A stretch of 39,000 nucleotides of DNA from Planctomycetota bacterium (GTDB lineage Bacteria > Planctomycetota > GCA-002687715 > DRQF01). Position 1 is the stretch's first letter; every line of letters begins with the position of its first letter. The notes under the pieces were generated by a model, which was not told the DNA's origin, searched no databases, and saw nothing but the letters and a program-made list of their open reading frames with translations. The stretch spans positions 1 to 39,000 of the forward strand of contig JAZGFI010000249.1 in NCBI GenBank assembly GCA_036479435.1. Direction: 5' to 3'. The position numbers were made by a program, and so were the translations under genes. Below are positions 26,509 to 35,871 of the stretch, one piece after another.

Positions 26509-27513
26509 ATGCGCCGCCACACGGTACCGGTGAAGTCCGCCACCTGGCCCCTGGACCCAGAGTCGATCTTTGGCCGGCCGGGCCCTTTTGGCCTTGAGAT
26601 CGGATTCGGCAATGGCGCTTTCGCCGAACGCGAAGCCCTACAGGCTCCGGATTGGAACTTTCTCGCGGTCGAGATTTCCTGGTCCTGTGTCCATCACCTT
26701 TTCAAGCGCATCGAGCACAGCGACATCCACAACCTGAAGATCATCCGTTCCGATGCGGCCTTCGTGCTCCGAGAATTGATCCCCGCCAATAGCCTCTATC
26801 GGGTTGTCATCAACCACCCCGACCCTTGGCCCAAAGGGCGCCATGTCGGGCGGCGACTGTTACAGGCCGAGTTTTTTGCCCTTCTTTCCACCCGAATGCG
26901 CCGCGGGGCCGAGGTCAGGATCGCCACGGATCACGCCGGTTATGCGGAGTGGATTGGCAAGATCCTCGAGGACCAAGACAACTTCGTCTCGATCTACGGC
27001 AGCAGCGAGGTCCCCGATCTCGAAGGCCACCTCGTCACGAAATACCAAGCCAAAGCCCAAGCGCAGGGCATCGACAACCACTTCTTCGTTTGGAAGAAAA
27101 CTGCGGCGGACGCCCCGTCCAGGCCGCGACAGGAGCCCGAAGCAATGCCCAACGTCCTTCTCAGCGGACACGACCCGTCGCTGCCATTGTTCGCGGATTT
27201 CGAACCCATTCGCGCCCGCGAAGTCCACGACGAGATCGACATCACGGTCAGCCTACAGCGCGTCTACCACCGTATCGATGACGATCAGTGGCTGGTCGAA
27301 TGCACCGTCAACGAGGGCGCCTTCAAGCAACAAGTCGCGGTTATCGTGGTGGAAGGTGACAACGGCCAGGTGGTCATCAAACTCAGTGGCCTGGGCCATC
27401 CCCGCGCCACCTACGGAGTGAAACGCGCAGTCCACCACGTCGTGGCCACGATCCTCGCTCGTCACCCCGGCATCATCGTCGACCACAGCACCGTGGGAGA
27501 GATTGCGCGTTAG
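26509..27513 (+). CDS. trmB: tRNA (guanine-N7)-methyltransferase with a C-terminal extension
   Basis: LEIGFGNG, NFLAVEIS, NHPDPWPKGRHVGRRL, ATDH, TKYQ; about 125 extra C-terminal residues. Start is 26509 or 26440. Confidence 0.9.
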   Translation: MRRHTVPVKSATWPLDPESIFGRPGPFGLEIGFGNGAFAEREALQAPDWNFLAVEISWSCVHHLFKRIEHSDIHNLKIIRSDAAFVLRELIPANSLYRVVINHPDPWPKGRHVGRRLLQAEFFALLSTRMRRGAEVRIATDHAGYAEWIGKILEDQDNFVSIYGSSEVPDLEGHLVTKYQAKAQAQGIDNHFFVWKKTAADAPSRPRQEPEAMPNVLLSGHDPSLPLFADFEPIRAREVHDEIDITVSLQRVYHRIDDDQWLVECTVNEGAFKQQVAVIVVEGDNGQVVIKLSGLGHPRATYGVKRAVHHVVATILARHPGIIVDHSTVGEIAR

Positions 27514-27841
27514 TAGGCCGCGACGAGAACGCCCGACCTGGGTCATTCCCTAAGCCCCATTGCCCCGTACGGGGCAAAAATTGAATTCCCTCCCGAATGC
27601 ATGAATTCTCAGAAAGCGCTACGCCGCTTCGGCTTCGGATCGGTTCTCGATCCTATCCCGGTTAGGCACAAGCCTTGCGTCAGTCTTCATGTTGTTACAG
27701 CGCGAGCCAAACCGTTCCGACAGAAGTTCGCGGGAAGTACCCAGGCCGGCGGGATTACCCCCCAATGAAACGAGCCCACCCCTAAGAGCCCACCTGATTT
27801 AGGTAGCGAGAACACTATTCTGGCTGGTTCACGAAACAACG

Positions 27842-27874
27842 AGGACCCCGGGCCATCTGGCTCGGGGTCTTTTC
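27842..27874 (+). terminator. Rho-independent terminator
   Basis: gaccccgggcc-atct-ggctcggggtc followed by TTTT. Confidence 0.75.
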
Positions 27875-28064
27875 CAATTTCCAGCCGATTTTTGGGCTTC
27901 CGGTTCCGACTTCTGAGAAACTTCCACGGAGGCCAGTCGTCCTTAGTTTTGCGTCGTCGCCACCAGTCCTGTCGAGAATCGACGATTCTCGGCCTCGTTT
28001 GGTGCAGGCTTTGCGGAATTCCCGTTGGAGTGGACGGCCTTGGGCCGCAAGGGAGCACAGAACT

Positions 28065-29813
28065 ATGCAGAACCAAGTCTTAGACCCTTCGACGGGCATA
28101 TCGCGTCCGATCGGAAACGCACACCTAAGAGCGTTATTTTACTCATGCGTCCTCCTCGGGCTTTTTAGCGGGTCGTTGCTGGCCCACGGAGGCCAGTTCA
28201 GCGGGCCGCAACCGGGACGGCCTAGCAACTCGCCCAAACCGGGTTCGCCCCGCGGTGGAGGTGGCAGTACGGCTGGCTTTGATCCGAGTTGGCGCAACTG
28301 GTGGGATCGCAACCGCGAGGAGTTCTTCGATGTTCGCGCTCGGCGCGCGGCCAAGAGCAAGGCAGGCAACGATCAGGGCAAGTACGCCAAGGACTCCCTG
28401 CACGTCCCCGCCACACGCAAGGACATCAACGAGACAATCGTTCCCCTGCTACTTTCGGCGCTCAAGGACAAAAATCCCGACGTTCGCGATGCGGCAGCTA
28501 TCGCGGTCGGACGCGCGGCGTCCGTGCCCGCACTTGAACACCTCATCCCCTTGCTCGGCGATAGTCACAAAAAAGTCCGTGAAGCGGCCCTTTTGGGAAT
28601 GGGCCTACTCAAGCATGCAAAGGCCGAACAGACCATCATCAACCACATGAAGGCGCGCAACACTTCCTTTCGCGAGCGCGGTGTAGCGGCGATCGCCCTG
28701 GGATTGTCGGGTGGCGATCGTGCGGAAGAAGCGCTCTCGAGAAAACTCGGTTCAGTCTTCCCCTTCGTTTCCATTCCTCGGGCCAAACTCAAAGGAGTTG
28801 AAGGCGCTCGCGCCTTGGGATTGGGTCTTTCTAAGCGCGAGGGGCACGACTCCTCCTTGGTGAACGCCTACGACAAAGCGAAAACCAAAGACAGAAGCTT
28901 CAAGCCCATGGTCTTGTCCGCTCTCACCAAACTTGGCGGCACGAATGCCGCGGGCCTTGTCTCCAGAGCGCTCAAAGACCGGGATAATGACGTCCGGCGT
29001 AGTGCTGCGATCTTGGCGGGCCGAGCTTTTTCCAGCGGCGACGAAAAACAAGTGAAGCGAGTGCTCTCGGCCTATCGAAGCGAAAAAGACGCGCACACAC
29101 GACAGTTTCTACTGATTTCCTTGGGCCGACTTGCCCATCCGCTCGGCGTCAGCGCACTCCGCAAGGTCATGAAAACCGCCAAGAAACGGGAAGAGCGCGC
29201 CTTCGCGGCCCTTGCCCTGGGAATTGCGAACGACCGCGAGTCGATTCGGACCATGCACAAGATCCTCGCCAAAGAAAAAGACCAAGTCCTTCGCGGCGCG
29301 GTTTGTGTTTCGATCGGGATCCTCGGTGACAAGGCCTCGGGCGAAACCCTCAACAAGCTGCTGAAAGCAACCGGCAACCCCGTGCTTCGCGCGGACTTGG
29401 TAACCGGTCTCGCGATGCTCGACCATCAAGATTCTCTGCCACAAATACGCAAGGTCACGGGCCAAGCGAGAAATTCGCGCTTAGTTCGCTCCTGCGGATT
29501 GGCTCTCGCTCTGCTGCAAGATTCGACATCGCTTGATCAAATGATCAACATCATGCGCAACTCCGGCAGCGTTGCAGTGAAGGGCGGCATGGCGACAGCT
29601 CTGGGCCGCGCCGCGGATCGCCGGGTGATCGCTCGCTTAGTGAAAATCGTCAAAGATCGGCGCGAGACCGACCTCACCCGAGCTTTCGCCGTGGTGTCGC
29701 TCGGCCTCATCGGGGACAAATCCGAACGCTCGGACTTCAGTCGCGTTTCGATCGACAGCAATTTCGGCTTGCTCAATGCTGAGGCCTATAAGCAGGTCCT
29801 CGACATCTTCTAG
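28065..29813 (+). CDS. Secreted HEAT-repeat protein
   Basis: ATG 28065 after GGAG; hydrophobic signal ending LLA-HGGQFSGP; many ALKD..PDVR.AAA.A.G HEAT/PBS-lyase repeats. Confidence 0.85.
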   Translation: MQNQVLDPSTGISRPIGNAHLRALFYSCVLLGLFSGSLLAHGGQFSGPQPGRPSNSPKPGSPRGGGGSTAGFDPSWRNWWDRNREEFFDVRARRAAKSKAGNDQGKYAKDSLHVPATRKDINETIVPLLLSALKDKNPDVRDAAAIAVGRAASVPALEHLIPLLGDSHKKVREAALLGMGLLKHAKAEQTIINHMKARNTSFRERGVAAIALGLSGGDRAEEALSRKLGSVFPFVSIPRAKLKGVEGARALGLGLSKREGHDSSLVNAYDKAKTKDRSFKPMVLSALTKLGGTNAAGLVSRALKDRDNDVRRSAAILAGRAFSSGDEKQVKRVLSAYRSEKDAHTRQFLLISLGRLAHPLGVSALRKVMKTAKKREERAFAALALGIANDRESIRTMHKILAKEKDQVLRGAVCVSIGILGDKASGETLNKLLKATGNPVLRADLVTGLAMLDHQDSLPQIRKVTGQARNSRLVRSCGLALALLQDSTSLDQMINIMRNSGSVAVKGGMATALGRAADRRVIARLVKIVKDRRETDLTRAFAVVSLGLIGDKSERSDFSRVSIDSNFGLLNAEAYKQVLDIF

Positions 29814-29985
29814 GGAATCTGACCCCGGCAAGCTCTCAATGGCCCCGTGGCCCGCCAGAACGCGCCTCGGGGCAGTTTTTTGTCCGCAAATTTGGCGAAT
29901 TGTTGCCGATTGCCAAGCTAGCGCTCGTCTCCACTTAGCCTTGGCTTGTTACCATTGCCAGCGCCGACCCTGGAGACCCCTTTCA

Positions 29986-31497
29986 ATGCGTTTGTCGATT
30001 GTCCTCGTCCTTGCCGTTGCGGGAGCCACTTTCTTGGCGCCCGAACTGGCATCCCAAGTTGAAGTCGAAACTGATCTGTTCATCGCCGATCGCGGCTCTC
30101 AGATGAACGGAAGCGACGGAGAGATCCGCCGCTACACTCATACTGGCATGTTCTTGAATACTCTGCCGGCCGCCGGGTCCGGCGCCCTCCGAGGCATCGG
30201 TTTCGATCTGGATGACAACCTTTTCGTCGCGCGCGGCAACAGCATTCTTCGCTACACCGGCGACCCTTTTGTGCCCGACGCCGCAGGTTTCGCGACGGGA
30301 ACCAAAGCTCAGAACGTCGAGATCAATCCCGTCACGGGGAATGTCTGGGCAAGCTTCGGTGTCAATGCCACAGAGGCCGAGCTACGCGAGTACGACACCA
30401 CCGGGCTCTTGCTGCAGACGATCACGGACCCCTTGTTCGTTCAGTTGCGTTCTTTTTGCTTCAGTGAAGATGGCGATCGGATTTTCCTCGCCAACGTCGA
30501 AGGCAACAATGTGCTCGTTGGCGATGTGTCCGTCACCCCCCCGGTATTCGTGGTGCACAGTTCGCTCGGAGCATTTGGAGCGGCGGCCTACGCGCCGATT
30601 CACATCGCTCGGGACGCCGCCTTTGAAACCGACGACCTCTACGTCGCCGGTGACTACATCGCGGCTAACGATGTCCTTCGCATTACCGGAGCGGCCGGGC
30701 TGGGCACAGCCCAGAGCATCTTGAACGTTTCGGGCATCACCGGCCTCAACGCCCCCGGCGGAATTTGGGTCGACTCTTGGGGCAGCCTCTACGTCGCCAG
30801 CCGCGATCGCAACATGGGCACGCCTGGTCTCTTTTCCTTTCGTTTGGACGGGCAACCGCAGACCGTGGCACCACTACTTGGTTCTGAGCACATCAATCCG
30901 ATCGACGTCGCTTTTTTGAAACGACGTCTCGATCTCACGATCGACAGCAATGTCGACAATGACGTCTTTCAAGTTGGTGGAAATTCCGCCATCGTCATTG
31001 GCGACAACCAACCGACCATCCGCGTCAACGTCGACGCTCCGGACTATCCGAATAGCCCCTACGTCTTTTTGTTTTCGCTGATGACTAACGGGCAATGTGC
31101 CAACGGCGACCCGGTTCGTCCGCGCGGCGAAGGCTTGCCCTTTAGCATCGACGATCCGCGGCGGACGCCGCTCGAACTCGATGCACTGTTTTTGCAGTCG
31201 CAACAGATGCTGAACGCCTCGATTTCGCCGGGGGGGTTTATTCCCTTTATCCTCGACCCCGCACTCAACTGTCCGCAATCGACACCGGGATTTTCGCTCT
31301 TTCAGTTCGGCGTCACGGATGCCAATGGGCATGCGGAGGCCTTCATCCAGTTTCCGACTTTCCCTGTGGCCTGCTTTCCGAACCCCTTCGACGTCCGTAT
31401 CGGCTTCGCTGCGGCAGTCTTGGACATGAACACCGGACCCGTGGGTATCGGCGTCATCAGCGGGGCCCCGACCTGCTTGTCGCTCTTTCTCCTCTAG
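29986..31497 (+). CDS. Secreted beta-propeller (NHL/SMP-30-like) protein with C-terminal beta domain
   Basis: ATG 29986 after GGAG; signal peptide; blade motifs RGIGFDLDDNLFVA, PGGIWVDSWGSLYVA, NPIDVAF. Confidence 0.7.
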   Translation: MRLSIVLVLAVAGATFLAPELASQVEVETDLFIADRGSQMNGSDGEIRRYTHTGMFLNTLPAAGSGALRGIGFDLDDNLFVARGNSILRYTGDPFVPDAAGFATGTKAQNVEINPVTGNVWASFGVNATEAELREYDTTGLLLQTITDPLFVQLRSFCFSEDGDRIFLANVEGNNVLVGDVSVTPPVFVVHSSLGAFGAAAYAPIHIARDAAFETDDLYVAGDYIAANDVLRITGAAGLGTAQSILNVSGITGLNAPGGIWVDSWGSLYVASRDRNMGTPGLFSFRLDGQPQTVAPLLGSEHINPIDVAFLKRRLDLTIDSNVDNDVFQVGGNSAIVIGDNQPTIRVNVDAPDYPNSPYVFLFSLMTNGQCANGDPVRPRGEGLPFSIDDPRRTPLELDALFLQSQQMLNASISPGGFIPFILDPALNCPQSTPGFSLFQFGVTDANGHAEAFIQFPTFPVACFPNPFDVRIGFAAAVLDMNTGPVGIGVISGAPTCLSLFLL

Positions 31498-31656
31498 GGC
31501 CCTAAGCACCGCTGCGGGACCAACTTCGGCACCCTGCCGAGGGTCAGGGGAAAACCCGACCCTCCAAAACGGGAAAATTGCCCAAAGGGAAGCCAACATA
31601 GGGTGATCGCCTGCGTTTTTCGCGCGGAGTTGATGTTGCCACAGGGAGAATCCGGA

Positions 31657-32310
31657 ATGTCCCGCACTCTTGCCGTCTTGATGACAACGCTGGCCCTCTT
31701 TGCGGTCGGCTGCGTTCAAACCAGAGTTCACGAGTTTCATCGCGATCCCGCCTTCGACGGTGAGCGCTATGAAAAGATGATCGTCCATTGCTCGGTGGAA
31801 GGTGCTGATCGCCGGCAGTTGATGGAGAACATCGTGGCGGATCGCCTGCGCGATGCTGGCTACGACGCCATCGCAAGCCACCACGTCGAAGCTAGATCCA
31901 AGAGCCAAAAGAAGAACTTTCAACTGGGTGACTACCCCGGATACGATGCCTTGGTCTGGATCGGGTGGGGCGAGTACGAAGAGACCATCGCGCGCACACC
32001 GGGTTACGTCGAGCACTATGTGACTCTCGGCTATGGCGGCGGTTTTGGACATCGTCGCCAGGGCTACCGGCGCCGCGGCGGACACTTCGGGGGCGGCTTC
32101 GGCACGGTTTTTCACGCACCGACCGAGCGCCGCCGCTGGTGGCTTCGCACACGCATCGAGTTGATCGACGCCGCCACGGAGAAGAAAGTCTGGAGTGGCA
32201 AGGCCGACACCACAAGTCGCCATGGCGATCTTCCTGATCTCGCGGAGGATCTTGCGGGCGAAATCGTCTCCATCTTGCGTGAGCGGCCGGCGCAGATCCG
32301 GCACGGCTGA
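31657..32310 (+). CDS. Lipoprotein, DUF4136-like
   Basis: Lipobox AVGC; Gly/Arg/aromatic loop; RIELIDAATEKKVWSG motif. Confidence 0.75.
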   Translation: MSRTLAVLMTTLALFAVGCVQTRVHEFHRDPAFDGERYEKMIVHCSVEGADRRQLMENIVADRLRDAGYDAIASHHVEARSKSQKKNFQLGDYPGYDALVWIGWGEYEETIARTPGYVEHYVTLGYGGGFGHRRQGYRRRGGHFGGGFGTVFHAPTERRRWWLRTRIELIDAATEKKVWSGKADTTSRHGDLPDLAEDLAGEIVSILRERPAQIRHG

Positions 32311-32337
32311 TTTCAATCACCCGAGCAGATGATTGAC

Positions 32338-32374
32338 AAGAGCGCGGCGTCGATCAACTCGACGCCGCGCTCTT
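32338..32374. terminator. Perfect 16-bp inverted repeat; bidirectional terminator
   Basis: aagagcgcggcgtcga-tcaac-tcgacgccgcgctctt between convergent genes. Confidence 0.8.
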
Positions 32375-32406
32375 TCGTTCTATCTCATGAGGCGCGTAGC
32401 GCGCAG

Positions 32407-34197
32407 TCAGTCGATCTCAAGGTCGTGAATCGCCTCTTCCACGCGCCCCCGTACGTCCGGGGAGAGATCGGCGCGATCTAAGAGATCCCGCATCGCCGCG
32501 AGCGAGGCAACGTCACCGCGTTTCACCAACCCGCGCACCGCGGACAACAGCGAAAAGCGTCCACTGTTGCGGTCGGCCAATACCGTTCTCAAAAAACGGG
32601 TCGCCGCCGGAATGTCTCCTTCCAAGCGAGCGACGTTGCTCACAACGTGAGAACGCCGATAGCGATCTTTGGTTTCGTGGTAGATCGTCGCAAGAATCGT
32701 CACGCCTTCGCCTTCGCCCCGCTCTGCTGCGTAGCTCGCAGCGCGATACTTCACCCACTCGTCCAAATCCGCGCGGGCCACCGTCAAGAAATGCTGACTG
32801 AGATCAACATCCGGCAAGCGATTGAGGCAAAACAACGCCGCACGCCGCATCTTGGCTTCGCGGTCAAAGCAGGCTCGCTCCAAAGCGCGTCGCGTATCTG
32901 GTAGTGCTATCTCCGCGATCAGTGCCATCACCGCGATGCGCCGCAGCTCAGCATCTTCAGAGTTGAAGACACCAACCAAGGTCGTCACCGCCTCTGCGCC
33001 AAAATCGCGAAGTCTCGTGGCAGTTTGAATCGTCAATGGCGAAGGCGAGTTAAGCCGCACCGAGTTCGTCTGGTCCACAACGTGGAGATAAGAGGCAATG
33101 ATCACCGCGGGCGTGTCTTCATTCGCCGCCTGCAATTCGCTAGAGCTGCGCAGCAGCGTGAGTTCATACTGCAAGAACTGGTTGGCCGCCACAACACTCT
33201 CCAGTTCGCCCCGCAAACCCCCGAGGAGTGACTCAAGCTCAGCAATGCGCGACACCGAGATGGCCTCCAGAGCTGCGCCCTGTGGTGAGGGCCGCAGTTG
33301 ACGGCTGTCACCAGCTTGCAGCGACTCGACGCCTTCGTCGGTTCGAAGCTCAACATGGCCGCGCAAGACCAACACACTTTCTTCCAGTTGGTGGGCCCTA
33401 AGAACCAAAGTCGCATCCCGCCCCTCAAGGCGTCCTGCGGGGAGCCCAAACTCAAAACCGTGATCGCGGATGTGCAAGGTGGCGGTACCGTGCACCAATT
33501 CGACATCAAAAGGTTCAGCGCTATCGACCGGCAGAGCTCTCAATCCGAGGATGGAGCCCTCGCTCAACACCATCATGCCAGCGCCTTCGACTTGCAGCAC
33601 AAGGTCGCCTTCGCCCTGCTCAGCCAATAACTCCAGGCCCTCGCCAAGCGCTTGTCCGCGCTCGCGGTCAAAACGACTCCAGACTTCGCTCCCTGCGGGC
33701 CTGACTTGCAAACCGCCAGCGCGCAAGGACAGCAATGGGGCTTCTGACGCCGCGACCACGACTCTCGATACCGGCGCGGGAACCGCAGCACTTTCACCGT
33801 AGTAGGCGCGGTCGAAGAACATGCCGCCGCCAAAACTGATGCCAACCAGCGCTGCGGCCGCGAGTCCCCAAGACGCCACGGTCTTCCACCGTAGTGTGGG
33901 CATCGGAGGCCTGCGTTCGGTGTCATGCCGACGATCAAACTCGGTACGCGAAGGCGTCGTCTCCGGCATCCCCGGCGAGAACAGATGGTCGCTGGCCAAA
34001 ACTCGATCTGGCGCTACCGCCAGCATTAAGGCCGTCGAGACTTCTTCATCATCCGACCAATAGGCAGCGCAGCTCTCGCACTCTTTCAAGTGCGTTTGAA
34101 AGGCCAAGTTCTCCGACCCGGTTAGCTCACCGTCCAAAAACAGCTCGAGCTTTTCGTTCACAAAAACGCAGGGGTCGTCGCGGTGAAAGAGGTTCAT
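32407..34197 (-). CDS. Anti-sigma factor: zinc finger (HxxxCxxC), TM helix, FecR-like domain, coiled coil, HEAT repeats
   Basis: FLDGEL...HLKECESC; hydrophobic WGLAAAALVGISFGGG; VELVHGTA...VLVLRGHVEL...LQAGD; C-terminal HEAT-like repeats; ATGA overlap with the sigma gene. Confidence 0.8.
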   Translation of the reverse strand: MNLFHRDDPCVFVNEKLELFLDGELTGSENLAFQTHLKECESCAAYWSDDEEVSTALMLAVAPDRVLASDHLFSPGMPETTPSRTEFDRRHDTERRPPMPTLRWKTVASWGLAAAALVGISFGGGMFFDRAYYGESAAVPAPVSRVVVAASEAPLLSLRAGGLQVRPAGSEVWSRFDRERGQALGEGLELLAEQGEGDLVLQVEGAGMMVLSEGSILGLRALPVDSAEPFDVELVHGTATLHIRDHGFEFGLPAGRLEGRDATLVLRAHQLEESVLVLRGHVELRTDEGVESLQAGDSRQLRPSPQGAALEAISVSRIAELESLLGGLRGELESVVAANQFLQYELTLLRSSSELQAANEDTPAVIIASYLHVVDQTNSVRLNSPSPLTIQTATRLRDFGAEAVTTLVGVFNSEDAELRRIAVMALIAEIALPDTRRALERACFDREAKMRRAALFCLNRLPDVDLSQHFLTVARADLDEWVKYRAASYAAERGEGEGVTILATIYHETKDRYRRSHVVSNVARLEGDIPAATRFLRTVLADRNSGRFSLLSAVRGLVKRGDVASLAAMRDLLDRADLSPDVRGRVEEAIHDLEID

Positions 34198-34772
34198 TCG
34201 GCGTCCTCCACTTTCAAGAACTCCTTCAGCTTCAACTTGCTACGGTGAAGAATGATGCTCACCGAATTCGCGGAGATCCCGAGCTCACGCCCGATATCTC
34301 GACACGACAGTCCATTCGAATAACGCATCAACAACACCGTCCGGTAACGATCCGATAGTTCGCCTATTGCTTGTACGACTGAGGCCGCACGTTCTTCCAT
34401 CACCGCTTGCTCATCGGGGGCTGCGGTCGACTTTTTGTTGAAGATTCCGTAGTGAGCGATGCCTTCGGTCGAGAACACATCGTTCTCCAACTTCCCGCGC
34501 CGCAACTTCGAGATTCCAAGGTTCACGCCAATCCGAAACAGCCAAGTCGAGAAGCGAAAGTTCTTTCGATAGCGATCGATGAATTGAAAGGCCCGCAGAA
34601 ATGTCTCCTGCGTCACATCGCGCGCCAACTCCGTATCGCCGACCACTCCAAACACGATGTTGTAGAGCGACTTCTCGTACCTTCGCGTCAGCTCCCCAAA
34701 AGCGGCCTGGTCTTTTTCCAGCGCCCGCCCAATCAGCAGCTCTTCTTCGACTTCACTCAGTTCCTGGCCCAT
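34194..34772 (-). CDS. ECF sigma-70 factor
   Basis: AFGELTRRY, ARDVTQETFLRAF, FSTWLFRI (region 2) and LSDRYRTVLLMRY...IGRELGIS (region 4); ATG 34772 after GGAG. Confidence 0.93.
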   Translation of the reverse strand: MGQELSEVEEELLIGRALEKDQAAFGELTRRYEKSLYNIVFGVVGDTELARDVTQETFLRAFQFIDRYRKNFRFSTWLFRIGVNLGISKLRRGKLENDVFSTEGIAHYGIFNKKSTAAPDEQAVMEERAASVVQAIGELSDRYRTVLLMRYSNGLSCRDIGRELGISANSVSIILHRSKLKLKEFLKVEDAE

Positions 34773-35005
34773 GGGCACTCCGCATTCTGGGGAATCAGCT
34801 CTGCAACAGATTCTACCGCTGAACCCCCCGATCCTTTCGCTCTTTTCCCCACACCCGGCATACCCATTCGCGGCCTCAAGTTACTGCATCTAAATTACTT
34901 ACAGCGCTCCCGCTATCTCTGCCCTCGATCGCCCCCATTTCCGCCCCTCATCGATACGCTCGATTTGGACAGTTAGCATGCGCCCCAACCCAAAGAGGCC
35001 TCCCG

Positions 35006-35452
35006 ATGACGACCGAAGAACGCGAAGAAATCTGGTTTTTGGCCGAGGGTGAGATCGAGGGCCAACCCTCTCTCATGCGCGGCCGCAAAGATCTCGACTC
35101 TCTCGCCACGCCCGCCTCACACCCCATCCGCCTCGTCATCACCTGGTTCTGCGAAGACCCCGAGGCCACCGGGCTCCCCTCCCCTTCCGACTTCGAAAAA
35201 GTCACCGACTTCGAGATCGAACTCAGCGCCACCCTCGAAGAACCCGCCATCGCCTTCTGCGCCTTCGTCTTCAGCTACGACGGCACCGTCGAGTTCAACT
35301 TCTACGCCAGCAATCTCAACGACACCGTCGCCGCCCTCGAAGCCACCTTCGGCGAAGAACCCCAGCTCCCCATCCAACTCGCTTCTGAAGAGGAACCCGA
35401 CTGGGCCGACTACCGCGCCATCCTCAGCGACATCGACAACGCCGAGGATTGA
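35006..35452 (+). CDS. DUF695-like acidic protein
   Basis: W...G.IEGQP...R, GLPSPSDFEKVTDFE, G.VEFNFY and EEEPDWADY pattern. Confidence 0.7.
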   Translation: MTTEEREEIWFLAEGEIEGQPSLMRGRKDLDSLATPASHPIRLVITWFCEDPEATGLPSPSDFEKVTDFEIELSATLEEPAIAFCAFVFSYDGTVEFNFYASNLNDTVAALEATFGEEPQLPIQLASEEEPDWADYRAILSDIDNAED

Positions 35453-35775
35453 TCCTCAATAGAACATGGACGCTTCGCCGTTCCTCTGAGTGCTCAAGGG
35501 CCCTCACCAGGCAGAGGCTCCTTTTCATTTCACCAAACCGAGTTCGGCAAGATGCAGGAACAACAGATAATCCTGGTTCCTCCCGGCAGTAGACAACTTG
35601 GCGTACGACCACCGGCACAGACTTTTCCCCTCGGGCGACTGCACGCTAGAGTCAACGGGGTAGCTGAAATCTGTCGCGATACATTTCGCGAAGCGGATGG
35701 CCTAGCTGGAAGACATCGACTGATCTCGAATGGTTGCTAAACTGCTGAGACACAGCAAACAACAGGTGAAACACG

Positions 35776-35871
35776 ATGAATTTTTTGGCTGCCGACACAG
35801 TCCTCGCGTTCTTGCTTGCGACTGCCTTGATGAGTTGCGGGGCGAAACCTCAAGCTGAAGCTGCCAATTAA
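35776..35871 (+). CDS. 31-aa lipoprotein signal peptide ORF, probably a truncated gene remnant
   Basis: AGGTG RBS; MNFLAADTVLAFLLATALMS-CGAKPQAEAAN*; lipobox LMSC; too short for the ORF track. Confidence 0.45.
   Translation: MNFLAADTVLAFLLATALMSCGAKPQAEAAN

Noticed and set aside
30874..32316. 480-aa minus-strand ORF, and similar long antisense ORFs such as 67-1071 and 19995-20717
   Set aside because: Shadow frames of well-supported opposite-strand genes in GC-rich DNA, with no recognisable motifs.
34878..34905. AT-rich aagttactgcatctaaattacttac as an IHF or dif-like site
   Set aside because: Only a loose match to either consensus; cannot be supported without a motif scan.
35453..35775. Gene remnant or integron attC site
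   Set aside because: Short ORFs on both strands lack recognisable motifs, and no paired RYYYAAC/GTTRRRY boxes with internal symmetry were seen.
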